Origin: a virus
Strand: one strand, 5' to 3'
DNA length: 64,000 nucleotides
Virus record (IMG/VR): IMGVR_UViG_3300042293_000555
Span: 1 to 64,000 of that record
Below, one piece after another: positions 45,732 through 57,700 of the stretch (position 1 is the stretch's first letter; each line of letters opens with the position of its first letter). Under the pieces are notes generated by a model. The model did no database searches. It was given only the letters and a program-made list of their open reading frames with translations, and was not told where the DNA came from. Position numbers and translations under genes: made by a program.

Positions 45732-46238
45732 ATGTACGTAGAAATTAAGAAGAAACACGAAGATGTAAAAATACCTACCTATGCTACAGCAGGTAGTGCA
45801 GGATTTGACCTATATGCAGATTCCTTTTTAAAGTTATATTCAGGTAATACAGAAGTTCTTTTAAAAGATGTAATGAGATTTAGCATCAGCAAAGGATATA
45901 TTGTTCTAAGACCATTTGAAAGAATCTTAATTGGAACAGGGTTGTATATGGCTATTCCTGAAGGATATGAATTACAAATTAGAGATAAAAGTGGAATTGC
46001 TTTAAAACAAGGTTTAAAAGTAATGAACTCACCGGGTACTGTAGATTCAGATTATAGAGATGAAATTGGTGTAATTATAGGTAATCTTAGCAATGCTTTA
46101 ATGAGAATTAACCTTAATGAAAAAATTGCACAAGCTGTACTTGCTAAACATGAAACTGCTGATTGGATTGAAACAGTAGATTTAACTCCTACTAATACTG
46201 AAAGAGTAGGTGGTTTTGGAAGTACAGGGTTAAAATAA
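45732..46238 (+). CDS. dut: Trimeric dUTPase
   Basis: SAGFDL, RDKSG, NSPGTVDSDYRDEI, IAQ, RVGGFGSTG. Confidence 0.93.
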   Translation: MYVEIKKKHEDVKIPTYATAGSAGFDLYADSFLKLYSGNTEVLLKDVMRFSISKGYIVLRPFERILIGTGLYMAIPEGYELQIRDKSGIALKQGLKVMNSPGTVDSDYRDEIGVIIGNLSNALMRINLNEKIAQAVLAKHETADWIETVDLTPTNTERVGGFGSTGLK

Positions 46239-46269
46239 ATAATAAATTGTCCTGCGTCTTATAATTGTG

Positions 46270-46298
46270 AAAGGTTGGTAGAAATATCAACCTTTTTT
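46270..46298 (+). terminator. Intrinsic terminator
   Basis: AAAGGTTGGTA-GAAA-TATCAACCTTT. Confidence 0.7.
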
Positions 46299-46311
46299 AA
46301 ACCTTACTTCA

Positions 46312-47004
46312 ATGACATACAAAAATGTACTTATAGTTGTATTGATTTTTATTATTGCATTTATCAACAGATGTAAACAAGATACTTCATTAAAAACTAT
46401 ACAAGAATTAAAATTACAAAATCAATTATTGACTGATACTGTAGTTCATTTTAAAGATGCCAATGGAAAACAGTCTTCTAAAATTAGAGTATTAGAAGTA
46501 ACTAATATGAATCAGATTAAAAATCTTGATTCTCAGAAAAACTTAGTTACATTATTACAAAGTGAAGTTGCATTATATAAGAAAAAGTTACAAAGCAGTG
46601 TTGGTATTACAACTATTACAGAATTTGATACTATATTTAAGACTGATAGTTTTCACTTGGTTACTAACAGTAAGGATACAATTTCTATTCAATCTTTCCA
46701 TTTTAAACACTCTGACAGTTGGATAAAAATAAATATTAAGGGGGATTCCTTGAATACTCAATTCTCAGTAAAGGTTGATAATCAATACTCTGTATCAATT
46801 GTTAAAGCTAAAAAAGGATTTGATGCAATTGTTAAAAATTCTAATCCTTATTCTACCACTACTGAAATCTTAGCTACAAAACTTAGTTTACCTAAACCTA
46901 AGAAATTTGGTATAGGACTTGTAGTAGGATATGGTATAACCTTTCCTTTAAAACCTTCACCATTTATAGGTGTAGGTTTGTCCTATAACATCATAAGATT
47001 TTAG
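46312..47004 (+). CDS. Membrane-anchored protein, candidate spanin
   Basis: N-terminal TM, coiled coil, C-terminal amphipathic beta strands KKFGIGLVVGYG..FIGVGLSYNIIRF. Confidence 0.5.
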   Translation: MTYKNVLIVVLIFIIAFINRCKQDTSLKTIQELKLQNQLLTDTVVHFKDANGKQSSKIRVLEVTNMNQIKNLDSQKNLVTLLQSEVALYKKKLQSSVGITTITEFDTIFKTDSFHLVTNSKDTISIQSFHFKHSDSWIKINIKGDSLNTQFSVKVDNQYSVSIVKAKKGFDAIVKNSNPYSTTTEILATKLSLPKPKKFGIGLVVGYGITFPLKPSPFIGVGLSYNIIRF

Positions 47005-47026
47005 TAACTTTCCTCTCTATATATTT

Positions 47027-47058
47027 AAAGGTCTTCCCTACAAAGGAAGACCTTTTTT
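47027..47058. terminator. Probably bidirectional terminator at the convergence of modules
   Basis: AAAGGTCTTCC/GGAAGACCTTT between convergent genes. Confidence 0.75.
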
Positions 47059-47060
47059 AT

Positions 47061-50000
47061 TTACTTAGTCAAGTCATCATCTTGTGATTGTTCTTTTTCC
47101 AATGCTTCCATCTTTTTCTTCTTTTCTAAAAGAATTTTTTGAGATTGTTCTTTAAAACTTGATCTTCTTTCCATCCTTTCTTTAGGTGTTACTTTTTCAG
47201 GTTTTACAGATTTCTTAGCATTTTTACTGGTAGTATCTTTAATATCTTTAGGTAGTGGATGTCTACGATTAACTAAAGCATCAATTTGTTTCTTTGAAAG
47301 TTCTTTACCTTCAGGAAGATTTTCAAGTTCTTTTCTATAATCTTCTCTTTGTGCACTAACTACTTTTCTTTCAATTCTTTCTTCATCCCAAGCTACCTGA
47401 TCAAAAATTGGTTCAGTAAATACTCTTTCTGATTCTTTACCAAATCCCATATATGAATCTCTAAACAAACTTGGAAGTATAATTTTACGAAATTTTTCTC
47501 CTTGATCTGAATTTGATACCTGACCATCAAACCATTTTCCTGCAGATTTTAAAAATTTATTTACATCAGTAATATAAGTCATTACTCCATTATTAGAAAC
47601 CATGTTTTTATATAAATCTATAGGATTAGTATACATTGTTGCTGATTGAGATAATTGTAATCCCCTATTTACTAATAAATTATGCCATTTTCTTTTATTA
47701 GAATCTTCTTCATCGTCATCATCCCACAGTGTTGCATGAGCAAGAATTGTAAATGATATCCAAGCTAAGGTCATAGACAAATCTGCCATAAGAGATTTCA
47801 TATTTCTTAAATCTCTTTCAGTAAACTTACCATCACTAAGTAATTTTTCATATCCTGAATTTTCATTTATAAGTTCTCTACCTGAAAGTAGGTTAATAGG
47901 TGTAGCTATAAATTTTCTCATTAGTAACTTAAGAGTAAGTATTGATGATTGTGCTATATTAAGATTTGATCTTACACCAAATATTGATGCTAAACCTAAC
48001 CCTGCTACTGCTCCTATACCTATACCCCATCCACCACCAATCATCATTACCCCTGTAAGTGCTCCATGTATTGCACCTGATGCTTTAGTGTGTGACCACA
48101 ATCTACCTTTTTTACCTTTCTGTCCTGTTACAAGGTCATCATGTTCAAAAGCAATTCTACCATAAATTTGCATAGAAAGCCAAGTTTTAAACATAATTAA
48201 TGCTTTACCTACAACATTGGATTTTAACATCATACCACGTAATTGATCATAGTTACCATGTGCAGTTACAATAGCATCAGTTACCTTAGTTCTAAATAAA
48301 GTATAAGTTTCACCTTTATTCTGTTCCCAAGCAAGTATATTTTCTTCAGTTCTAAAATCAGGTTTTAATTTACCATCAACATTTAATGCATCCCATACAT
48401 TACTTTCTTTACCACTAATACCTTTAATAGGTGTATCTAACATAATTGCAACCATCAAGGGAGTCTGATTCATATACTCAGTCCTTTTAGTTAATTGCAT
48501 TGGTGTAATTGCATTGACTTTTGAAAAAGGTGTTTTTGTACTTGCTTTCTGTAACTCATTAGTAGCATCCTGAAGAATATCAAATTTGTTAATTAACAAA
48601 CTTGCTTTCTTTGCACCATTAGGTGTTACCCTTGATTTATTACCAAGTATACCTTTTATAAAACTACCTGATACAATATGTGCTGCTCTATAAAAATGTT
48701 TAGATTGAAAATGATCACCTGTTGATGCAATTATTAAGTTAGCAATTTGTCCTTCTATAAAGTTAGTAATTGCTGATTTAATACTAAAACCTAAGTTGAT
48801 AAATGTAATATGACTTAATAAGTTAGTAAAAACTGCTTCGAAAGATGCTCTTTTACCTAATGATTCTCTTATATCTTCTAACTCTTTTTTCAATACCGGA
48901 TTTGATTCTTCATTAATCATTTTATCAAGCTCTTTCTTGAGTTTCTGATCTTTAAAAGTAAGTAATCTTCCTGAAACTATACCCATAAGTTTACCAGTAA
49001 GTCCTTTTCTCTCATTTAAAGGTAGAGTACTTGCAGTAAGATGTATATCACCTTGATTACCTAACACTACTCTATTATACCAATCTTCAAATTGAGAAAT
49101 TGCCTTATTTCTAAGACCTTTTATTTCTGTTTTACCATTTATTTTAAGAGTTTCTGACATAGAAGTTTTTACACTTTTACCTGTTTTACCATAATGATTT
49201 TTTAAAATATTAATGTAAGGCAACATTTCTTGTCTTGCATTATATTCATGAGCCATCTTAGAATAGTATTTGATAATTTTAGGTAAATTAACTGAATGTT
49301 CTTCTACAATGTTTGCCATTATAGCTTTTTCAATAATTTGTCCTACAGGAATACTTTCACCATATTTCTTTTTTAATTCTACACCATCACTAAGCTCTAA
49401 TAAATCAGTAAGGTATTTAACAGCTTTAGATGACAGTTCTGAATAAGCAATAGATGATTTATGATTAACTGGTTTACCATGCAATTTAGCAAACTTAATC
49501 ATTTCAACTCTTGATCTTTTATCAACTTCTTGTTTGTTGTCACTGATAAATGCAGAATTTACTTTTGGTTCACGTTGATTGGTAATTATATCAACATTGT
49601 CATAAGTGTTTGATTCTTGTGCATTTATACCAAATCCCATTTTTAATTCCTGATAATATGCTGCTGCCATTTTTATCAACTTCTTAAAGAAACTGATATT
49701 AGGGTCAGCATAAATTTCAGTAATTGCTTTTTTTACCATAGGTAATGAGTTGGAGAACAACCTTGATCTAATTTCTTCAGGAAATTGTTTCATGATGTTG
49801 TCCATCTCTTCAGAAATCAAATCATAGTATTCCTTTAACTCAGAATGAGCTTCAATTACTTTAAATGATTCATCATAATACCCAGTAGGGGTAGTAGTTT
49901 CTTCCATTACATAAGTATCAGAATCTGCACTAAGTTTTCTATTGGTTACAGCTTTAAATTTTCTTGGTATAGAGTAGTTATATTTATAAGTAGGGTTAAC

Positions 50001-51614
50001 TACTAAACCTTTATAGGTTATAAAACTTGTACTGTTAATATTAGCAGAAGAAATAAATGGATTGTGAGCCATTATATCCATTTGTAATTGATCAAAATCT
50101 TTCATTTCCAATTCACTCTCAAGACCTACACCCCTTTGTTCTAAAAATGTTTCAGTATAAAGTTGTTTCCATTTTAAGAAATTTCTAATACTCTTCTTTT
50201 GCCCTTCCAATTCTTCTTTATAACCTATAGCACTGATGTTAGATTTTACATTATCAGTATAACCATCATCATCTTTAAAAAACTCAGCAAATTCAGGAAA
50301 CTCATCCTGTATTTCCTGCATTCTTCCTAAGTCAAAAGTTATTGTATTTTCTCTAAACCAAGTTTTCTTTTTATCAAAAGCTCTTAGTAACCTTTTACTT
50401 CTTGCACCTATCTCTTCAGTGTTAAATGCTATATTGACTTCCTGATTATATTGAGCCATAAATGAATCTTTAAAGTCAGAAAAATCACTTGTATATCTTT
50501 GAGTCAACTTACCACTTCTCTTACCTGTTTTAGATCTTTGAAAAAATAAATCAAAAGATACCTGTTTACCTAAAAATAAACCTGAGAGAGTTTGCTTTAA
50601 TTGTTTCAATACTTTCTCTGCTTTAACTAATGCTGCATTGTGTCTTTCTTCAAATGACTTATATTCACCAATGTGTTCTGCCCAGTTAGCTTGAAAAGCA
50701 TCCATAATTACCTGTGGCAGAGTACCATTATTACTAAATATACCTTTAGATATATCCATTAACAACATATCTATCATATTTGCATCAGGTAATGCTTTTA
50801 CAATTTCATCATAAGTCATAGTATCATACATCTTCTTAACTCTTGGATTAGAGTTTACAACAGTTGTTACTATTTCCTTATATGTTCCATTTAACTGAAC
50901 CTCATGTTTTTTAAAATCAGCTGCAATTTGATTAAGTATTTGTTGTACTTCATCAGGTAATACTGTAGCTCTTTTAGTAACAGGGTCATATATCTCATGA
51001 TCAAAAAATAAAGGATGAGAATCAATGTTAATACCATCAATAGTTTGATTTGTTTGGGTAATCTCCATTGCCTTATAGAAGTTAATAATTCTTTTAGCTT
51101 CTTCAGCATTCTCAAATATCTCTTTATTTGCTACAGGGTCATCACCCAACTTACCTGAGTTTAACAGCTCATACACTCTTTGAAAATCTTCAAGTGCCTG
51201 ATACCTTAATTCAGCTAAAGTAAGTGGATTCTCTTTACTTAACTTACTTATTTCAGCTTCTAATTCAACAATCCTATTTTGCAGTTTTACCTGTAACTTA
51301 CCATATCTCTTAGCAGTATTAGGATCACTATCTTTAATTTGTTCAATAGTTGTATTAAGATTTGAAATTCTATTTTTATACAGAGTTACTAAAGACTTTT
51401 TAAAATCTTTAGTTTTTTCAAAGTTTGTTTTGAAATCCATATCTTCATCTGCATCTTCTTCAAAACTAAAATCATCATCTTCTACACTAAAAGGACTAAA
51501 AGATTCTCTTGCCATAAGAATCTTAATTTTATTCTGAACACCTTTATCTTTCAGTAATAGTTTAAACTGTTTTTCAGTATAAACTTTTCCCATAAATTCA
51601 TAAGTACAGCCCAT
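47061..51614 (-). CDS. Large virion cargo/ejection protein with TM segments
   Basis: ~1517 aa, mostly helical; hydrophobic GVMMIGGGWGIGIGAVAGLGLASIFG and MTLAWISFTILA; in the RNAP cargo cluster. Confidence 0.65.
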   Translation of the reverse strand: MGCTYEFMGKVYTEKQFKLLLKDKGVQNKIKILMARESFSPFSVEDDDFSFEEDADEDMDFKTNFEKTKDFKKSLVTLYKNRISNLNTTIEQIKDSDPNTAKRYGKLQVKLQNRIVELEAEISKLSKENPLTLAELRYQALEDFQRVYELLNSGKLGDDPVANKEIFENAEEAKRIINFYKAMEITQTNQTIDGINIDSHPLFFDHEIYDPVTKRATVLPDEVQQILNQIAADFKKHEVQLNGTYKEIVTTVVNSNPRVKKMYDTMTYDEIVKALPDANMIDMLLMDISKGIFSNNGTLPQVIMDAFQANWAEHIGEYKSFEERHNAALVKAEKVLKQLKQTLSGLFLGKQVSFDLFFQRSKTGKRSGKLTQRYTSDFSDFKDSFMAQYNQEVNIAFNTEEIGARSKRLLRAFDKKKTWFRENTITFDLGRMQEIQDEFPEFAEFFKDDDGYTDNVKSNISAIGYKEELEGQKKSIRNFLKWKQLYTETFLEQRGVGLESELEMKDFDQLQMDIMAHNPFISSANINSTSFITYKGLVVNPTYKYNYSIPRKFKAVTNRKLSADSDTYVMEETTTPTGYYDESFKVIEAHSELKEYYDLISEEMDNIMKQFPEEIRSRLFSNSLPMVKKAITEIYADPNISFFKKLIKMAAAYYQELKMGFGINAQESNTYDNVDIITNQREPKVNSAFISDNKQEVDKRSRVEMIKFAKLHGKPVNHKSSIAYSELSSKAVKYLTDLLELSDGVELKKKYGESIPVGQIIEKAIMANIVEEHSVNLPKIIKYYSKMAHEYNARQEMLPYINILKNHYGKTGKSVKTSMSETLKINGKTEIKGLRNKAISQFEDWYNRVVLGNQGDIHLTASTLPLNERKGLTGKLMGIVSGRLLTFKDQKLKKELDKMINEESNPVLKKELEDIRESLGKRASFEAVFTNLLSHITFINLGFSIKSAITNFIEGQIANLIIASTGDHFQSKHFYRAAHIVSGSFIKGILGNKSRVTPNGAKKASLLINKFDILQDATNELQKASTKTPFSKVNAITPMQLTKRTEYMNQTPLMVAIMLDTPIKGISGKESNVWDALNVDGKLKPDFRTEENILAWEQNKGETYTLFRTKVTDAIVTAHGNYDQLRGMMLKSNVVGKALIMFKTWLSMQIYGRIAFEHDDLVTGQKGKKGRLWSHTKASGAIHGALTGVMMIGGGWGIGIGAVAGLGLASIFGVRSNLNIAQSSILTLKLLMRKFIATPINLLSGRELINENSGYEKLLSDGKFTERDLRNMKSLMADLSMTLAWISFTILAHATLWDDDDEEDSNKRKWHNLLVNRGLQLSQSATMYTNPIDLYKNMVSNNGVMTYITDVNKFLKSAGKWFDGQVSNSDQGEKFRKIILPSLFRDSYMGFGKESERVFTEPIFDQVAWDEERIERKVVSAQREDYRKELENLPEGKELSKKQIDALVNRRHPLPKDIKDTTSKNAKKSVKPEKVTPKERMERRSSFKEQSQKILLEKKKKMEALEKEQSQDDDLTK

Positions 51615-51615
51615 G

Positions 51616-54600
51616 TTAATCACATTTAGTTTTTATAATTCCTTTTTGAATAAGTTCCTGTATTTGTTCTTCTATTTCCTGTTCTTCAGTAAGTTGAGTT
51701 TCTTCACTAACCATTGCTTTAACTATCTCTACATTATCAGGAGTATTAGACATCAGCAATTTAAATAAATTTTCATTCACATCCTTATTATCACTGTAAT
51801 TATTAATTAAATCCAATAACTTTTTAATCTCTGTAAGTCCTTTTTCATCTGCTTCATATTCAGTATCATTCTGTATTGTTTCTATAGCATCTATTAAGGC
51901 TTCCTGTTCCTGATCACTTAAATCTTCTTTACTACTAAGTTTATCTATTGTTAATCTTGCATTTGAAATATTCTTTAAAATCCCATCAACTTTATTCATC
52001 AACTTATCTAAAGAATTTGCTGCATCACCTGTAAAAAAGTAATATGTAAGTGACTTATATAAATTATCAAATTCTTCAGGACTTACTTTAGTTGGTAATG
52101 GAGTAACAAACTTTTTAAATCCTTCTACATCTTGATTAGAACCTAATATATGTATTTGTTCAGGTTCAAATACTATTATAAATTTTTCATCAGTATATAT
52201 GTCACCTAATGGATTTTGTATTAACAATCCATCTACATCAATGTCATCATTAGCTAAATTATTAAAAATATTTATACTTTGATAGTTTACTGGTTTAGGT
52301 TCAAAATCATTTATTAGTTCAATGGCTTCATTTATTTCACTTTTAGGTGCATTGTTATTTCTTAATTCATTTATATTATTTTGTAATTTTGATAACTGAT
52401 TTTTATTATAATAAAAATTTTCTTTATCAGTTGATGTTTTAAAAAGTTTAGAACTTTCTCCATACTTTACATCTTTAATATTTACAATAGCAGTAGTTCT
52501 ACTTTCTTCAGATTTATTTGTTACATTATTAGGGTAAAATACATATTTGCCATTTATATCTGTTGTAAAATAAATACCTTTTCCACGATTAGTTTTTCTA
52601 AATTCAGATAAAGGTTTTCCTCCAAAATGATAAACAATATCTTTTACTTTACTATTAGGAAATATAGTATCTAAATATTGAGAATATTGTTCAGCAGTAC
52701 CAATAGAAGATAATTCAGAATTAGTATCAAATAATTCTTGTACTCCTGGTTTAACTTCATTTCCAAACTTACTATACTTAACTGATGCACCTTTATATGG
52801 TTTAACAGTAGTAGGTTGATAAACTACTTTGCTACCTTCTACAATGGGTGCTCCTGTTAAATCAGATAATTCTTTTAGTTTTTCAAAATCTTCGTTAGAA
52901 AGAGTCAGATTATTATTACCTTCATTATAATAATCATAATTATCAAGTAACTCAATTTTATCAATGTTGTGTTGAGTAGCATTAATAAATAATTCATCAT
53001 AAGAATATCTTAACTCATCATCTAAGGTTAATCTAATAGCATACTGACCTTGATTTGTATATCTTTTCTTTTTACCTTTATAATCAATTAATGCACTACC
53101 TATATCTTGTAAGTAACTTTCCATTATAGGTGAATCTCCTTTAAAAGAAAGCTTGATAGCACCATGTGGAACACTTTTTGATTTACTTGAATAAGTAGCT
53201 AATTCCATTGGAATATTCTTACTCATTAAATCAATAAATAATTGTATTGCATCTGAAAGAGTTTTTGCTCCTGCATTATTCATATATGCACCAATATGAT
53301 GATGCACCCCACCAAAATCAGATACTTTCCATTGATTTTTTAATTGTTGAAATACTTTGGTTTCATTAGTTTTAAATTTAGTTATTACTGATAAATAGTT
53401 TTGAGCTGAATTATTAATGAATAAATCTGCATCAATATTTTTTATTAATTCATCAAAAACTAAAACTTTTTCTTGAATAAGTTTATCATCACTTGAATCA
53501 TCTCTTCTTGTACGAGTTTTAACTAATGTATTTTTTTCTTCTTCATTAAAAAAAATATTAATAATGGTATTTATTGATGCAATATCTTTTTCTTGAAACA
53601 ATTGAGGATATAATTGCCTAAACTCACTATGTTTTTTATCTGTAAATACATTATGTAATAATAGTAATTTTTCTAAAAAATTAGCTCTTCCCTTATTTGT
53701 TAATTTGTGTAATGAAGGCATTGTTTTAAAAACATGAAGTACATTTTCTACTCTACCTAAAAATGTAATATGTTCATAATGCATATTGATGTATTCTTCA
53801 GATTGAGGTCTATTTTCATATTTTAAAGGAGAATATTCCAATAAATTTATCCTATGACCATATTGCATCATTTGTGCAAAATGTTTTAATCTAAAATCCT
53901 TATCTAAAGCAGCAATGTTTATATCAGTATAATTAATAGATTTTTCTTCAAGTTTAAAATCATGAATTTTATTATACTCTTTACTGATTAAAGAAGCTAA
54001 AAACTTTCTGATGTTATTTATAAACTCTAAAGCCTTTTGAAATAATGTCTTGTTTTCAGTTATTGTTTTTAAATCAATTTTACCTGTAACAAGTCTTGCA
54101 ATAGTTTCTACTATTGCTTCTTCTATTTGTCCTTTTTCATCTAACTCAGGATATAACTCTTTAACTTCTGCAAGTACTTGTTTACCATAAGTAGAAGTCT
54201 GAATTTCATTTGATAAACTTTTATACAGCTTAGAGTTATCTTCTTTAACCTGTTCAATAAATGGGTGTGCAAATTCATGCCAAGCAGTTTCAGGAGTAAC
54301 CTTAGCTAAGTTAATATAAACTCTACCATCTTCAAACTTACCTGAATATGGTAAAGAATTATCATTTACAGTTTCATAAGGAATACTAAACTTATCACTT
54401 AATGTTTTTAAAATATCTTCTACATTATTAGGGTCAATACTACCTTTATCAAACTTAGAATATTTAACACCATTGATGTTATCTATCTGTTTGAATACTA
54501 ATTTATTAGGTACTATTTTATTACCATCTTCAAAGAATAATTTCTCATTCCATTGAGGGTCATTGGCAAAGTACTTTGACTTTGCCTGACCTTTCAATTC

Positions 54601-54720
54601 TGTATGTAGTTTTCTAAATTGTTTTAAATCTTTTACATTTAGAAACTCATCAATAACTCCTTTAGTTCTAAGGAATGATTTAGCATTTGCTTCTGATGTT
54701 TTAAATGGTTTACAACTCAT
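51616..54720 (-). CDS. Polyvalent cargo protein: zincin metallopeptidase plus ART-like domain
   Basis: WHEFAHPF..EEAIV zincin; IVYHFGG..GKGIYFT..KFIIVFEPEQIHILGS ADP-ribosyltransferase-like pattern. Confidence 0.6.
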   Translation of the reverse strand: MSCKPFKTSEANAKSFLRTKGVIDEFLNVKDLKQFRKLHTELKGQAKSKYFANDPQWNEKLFFEDGNKIVPNKLVFKQIDNINGVKYSKFDKGSIDPNNVEDILKTLSDKFSIPYETVNDNSLPYSGKFEDGRVYINLAKVTPETAWHEFAHPFIEQVKEDNSKLYKSLSNEIQTSTYGKQVLAEVKELYPELDEKGQIEEAIVETIARLVTGKIDLKTITENKTLFQKALEFINNIRKFLASLISKEYNKIHDFKLEEKSINYTDINIAALDKDFRLKHFAQMMQYGHRINLLEYSPLKYENRPQSEEYINMHYEHITFLGRVENVLHVFKTMPSLHKLTNKGRANFLEKLLLLHNVFTDKKHSEFRQLYPQLFQEKDIASINTIINIFFNEEEKNTLVKTRTRRDDSSDDKLIQEKVLVFDELIKNIDADLFINNSAQNYLSVITKFKTNETKVFQQLKNQWKVSDFGGVHHHIGAYMNNAGAKTLSDAIQLFIDLMSKNIPMELATYSSKSKSVPHGAIKLSFKGDSPIMESYLQDIGSALIDYKGKKKRYTNQGQYAIRLTLDDELRYSYDELFINATQHNIDKIELLDNYDYYNEGNNNLTLSNEDFEKLKELSDLTGAPIVEGSKVVYQPTTVKPYKGASVKYSKFGNEVKPGVQELFDTNSELSSIGTAEQYSQYLDTIFPNSKVKDIVYHFGGKPLSEFRKTNRGKGIYFTTDINGKYVFYPNNVTNKSEESRTTAIVNIKDVKYGESSKLFKTSTDKENFYYNKNQLSKLQNNINELRNNNAPKSEINEAIELINDFEPKPVNYQSINIFNNLANDDIDVDGLLIQNPLGDIYTDEKFIIVFEPEQIHILGSNQDVEGFKKFVTPLPTKVSPEEFDNLYKSLTYYFFTGDAANSLDKLMNKVDGILKNISNARLTIDKLSSKEDLSDQEQEALIDAIETIQNDTEYEADEKGLTEIKKLLDLINNYSDNKDVNENLFKLLMSNTPDNVEIVKAMVSEETQLTEEQEIEEQIQELIQKGIIKTKCD

Positions 54721-54734
54721 AGTTTATTATTATT

Positions 54735-57700
54735 TTAAATACCACATTCATTTGTTTCTAATGTCCAAGGTTCCTCAGACAAAGATAATTCTTTTTCAGT
54801 AGCAGGAGAAAAAGTTTCTAAATCTAAATAGTCATCAGGATTAAATACATCTTTAATGACAGTAAGTTTCTTCTTAGCTCTTGACAATGCTACATATAAT
54901 GCCTGATTCTTAGACTTAGTAGAAGTACCATTTGATAAAATATCATTCTTAAATACATAAACATTATTAAATTCAGAACCTTGAGCTTTGTGTGAAGTCA
55001 ATGCATAACCATATTCAACAGATCTAAATGCTGTTTTATTTTTCTCATACATTGTTTTCTTAACTCTATCAGCTTCTCCTCTTGGTAATTTTGAATAATA
55101 GTTATACAATGATTTTTGAGCTGCTTGAAAAGCTTTAAAATCTAATGATTCATCATTAACTCTAATGTTAAACTCCATTCCATCAGCAGACTTAATAGTA
55201 AGGTCATAAGCCATATATGTACTGTAAGACTCTTTGTTTGTTTTAGTATCATAGTAAGCTATAGCAATACCATTAGGTACTTCATTTACCTTAGTTACTT
55301 CAAAGTGTTGTCCATTATATACACCTATTTCTTCTCCAAACTGATTCTTTAATTTCTCATCAGTAAATTGAGGAGATATCATTTCACCAACATTGAATTT
55401 ACGTTTAGCACCCTGTTCACCAAACAACATTACTCTTGCCTTACCATTCCAATATTTTCTGATTACATTAGAGAATGCTATAACCTTAGTTCCCCACTTA
55501 TCTTTTTTCAAATCAGCCTCTATTGCTGCATCAATTTGATCACTATCTTTAAATTGAACTTCATCACTATGCAACTTAGCTTCTTTACCTTCAAGTACAT
55601 CCTTAACAATTGCATTACTTCTAACATTAGCTGCAACCATATTAGCTACTGTAAGTATCATTGAGTCTTTTTCTTGCCTCATTGATTTACTTAAGTGTGC
55701 AGTATAATTACCTGAATATGCAGTAAATGTAGGAGAATCTTGTCCTTCAAGTTTACTATATTTTTCTCTTATTGGTGGTAACTGTGCATTATCACCCATG
55801 AAGATAATCTTAGCATTAGGTGCAACAAGTTTTTGAACTTTAGATAAATGTGCTAAAAACTCTTCATCAATCATAGAACATTCATCTATGATAATTAATT
55901 GTGCTCCACTCAATGGTGACTTACTTACATCAAAATATTTATCAATCATAAATGTACCTGATGCATCATCTAATTTTAATCCAATCATTGAAGCTATTGT
56001 AGAAATAGTTGCTCTACTACCTATTGATTTCTTAAGAACTTCTTTTGCATTATGTCCAATAGCACCACCTACTACTTTTAATCCTGGATTATTACTCAAT
56101 AACTTTTTCATGATAGTGGTTTTACCTGTACCACCACCACCTGTTAATACATAAGTTTTTGCTGATTTATCTTTAAGAAAATTATTCATTGAATCCAAAG
56201 CATTACTTTGTTCTTCATTGGCAAATACCTTTGGAAATAATTCATAAGCTGTAAATGCACCTGATTCTTCAACTTCATTATTCAAATCAGTATCCTTATC
56301 ATCAGACAAATCAACTTTCTTTTGAGTAAGGATTACAGGTGGAGTATAATCTTTAAGTTTTTCAGCAAGTTCTGTTGGAGATTTTGTATCAAACTTAGCA
56401 AGCATAGCTTCAAACTTATCAATATTTTTATTGATAAAGTCAATTTCTTCAGGCACTGCAACAGCACCTGCTTCTTTAAAGTAGCTCTGAACAAATGGAT
56501 AATTGTTGTAGTCTTCCAAATTAACATCTTTAATTAACTTTGACCATTCTTCATAGTCATTGATAATCATATCATCAATGTTTAATACTAAGTCTTTAGC
56601 TTCAACCATAAAGTTGATTTCTTCTATATCAGCATTCTTCTTAGCTTCATTTGTTTTTTCAAATGACTTAACAATTTCTGCAAATCTAATCTTTGCTTCT
56701 TCCATTGTTGGGGCAACATCAATGAGTGAACCATCATCTGCTAAAATCTCATATTCATTATCTTCATTTAAGAAAATACTAAACTTAGAAGTATCCCATA
56801 CTGTAGTATCAATATCTATTTCTGCTGCTTCAACATCAGCTTTAGCATCCTTCATTACATTGAAAATCTCTTTAATAGCATTAGCAGTAATACTACCTTC
56901 ACCAACTGCAATACCTAAATCACTAAACATTTGTTTAATGAAATCAAAGAACTTATCTACCAAATTCTTATTACCTGCACCATAATCTATTGCTGCCATT
57001 TCTGTCTGAAACTCAGGTTCAGTCATCATCATTTCTACAAACTCCAAGATGTCAGTAACTCCATAAAGTACTTTTGCTTCAAATTGTTTTAATAATATAT
57101 TTTCATCCTTTTTAGCAGCTTCAATTTCAGTAGCTGTTTTTATACTCTTCTGTTTTTTAATTTTCTCCATTACAGTATTGATACCATCAACACCATACTT
57201 TTTTTCTAACCCTAACCTTGCAGCTTTATAGATTTTTAATAAATCTGTAATGTGCTGTGGTATTTCACCAAGAGAATTGTTGAGAGTACCATCAGGATTA
57301 AGATACTTAAGTAGTTGATTATCAGTAATAGAGTGAACAGTTTCTTTAAGGAATACTCTAATCAGTTCATTTTTATCAGCTTGAGCAGTTCTTGGTGGTA
57401 TAGTAATAGTGTTAGTGCCAGGATTATATTTACCCTTAGCAATAGTTTCACTTACTACAATCTTAGTTTCATTATTTACAAATGGTAAAATTGCTTGAGC
57501 AAGTTTCTTTAAGTCAGGACTAATAGATTTATCAGCAATCATATTCTTAATAACAGTACTGATATTGTCTATACCTAACCCAAATCTTTCTTTACTCACC
57601 ATATTAGTAGCTTCTCCTGCTACAGGTAATGGTGTTTTAGGAGCTTTAACCTTTGTTTTCTTACGTGTAGTAATTAAAGATTTAACTGCCCTTGCTGATG

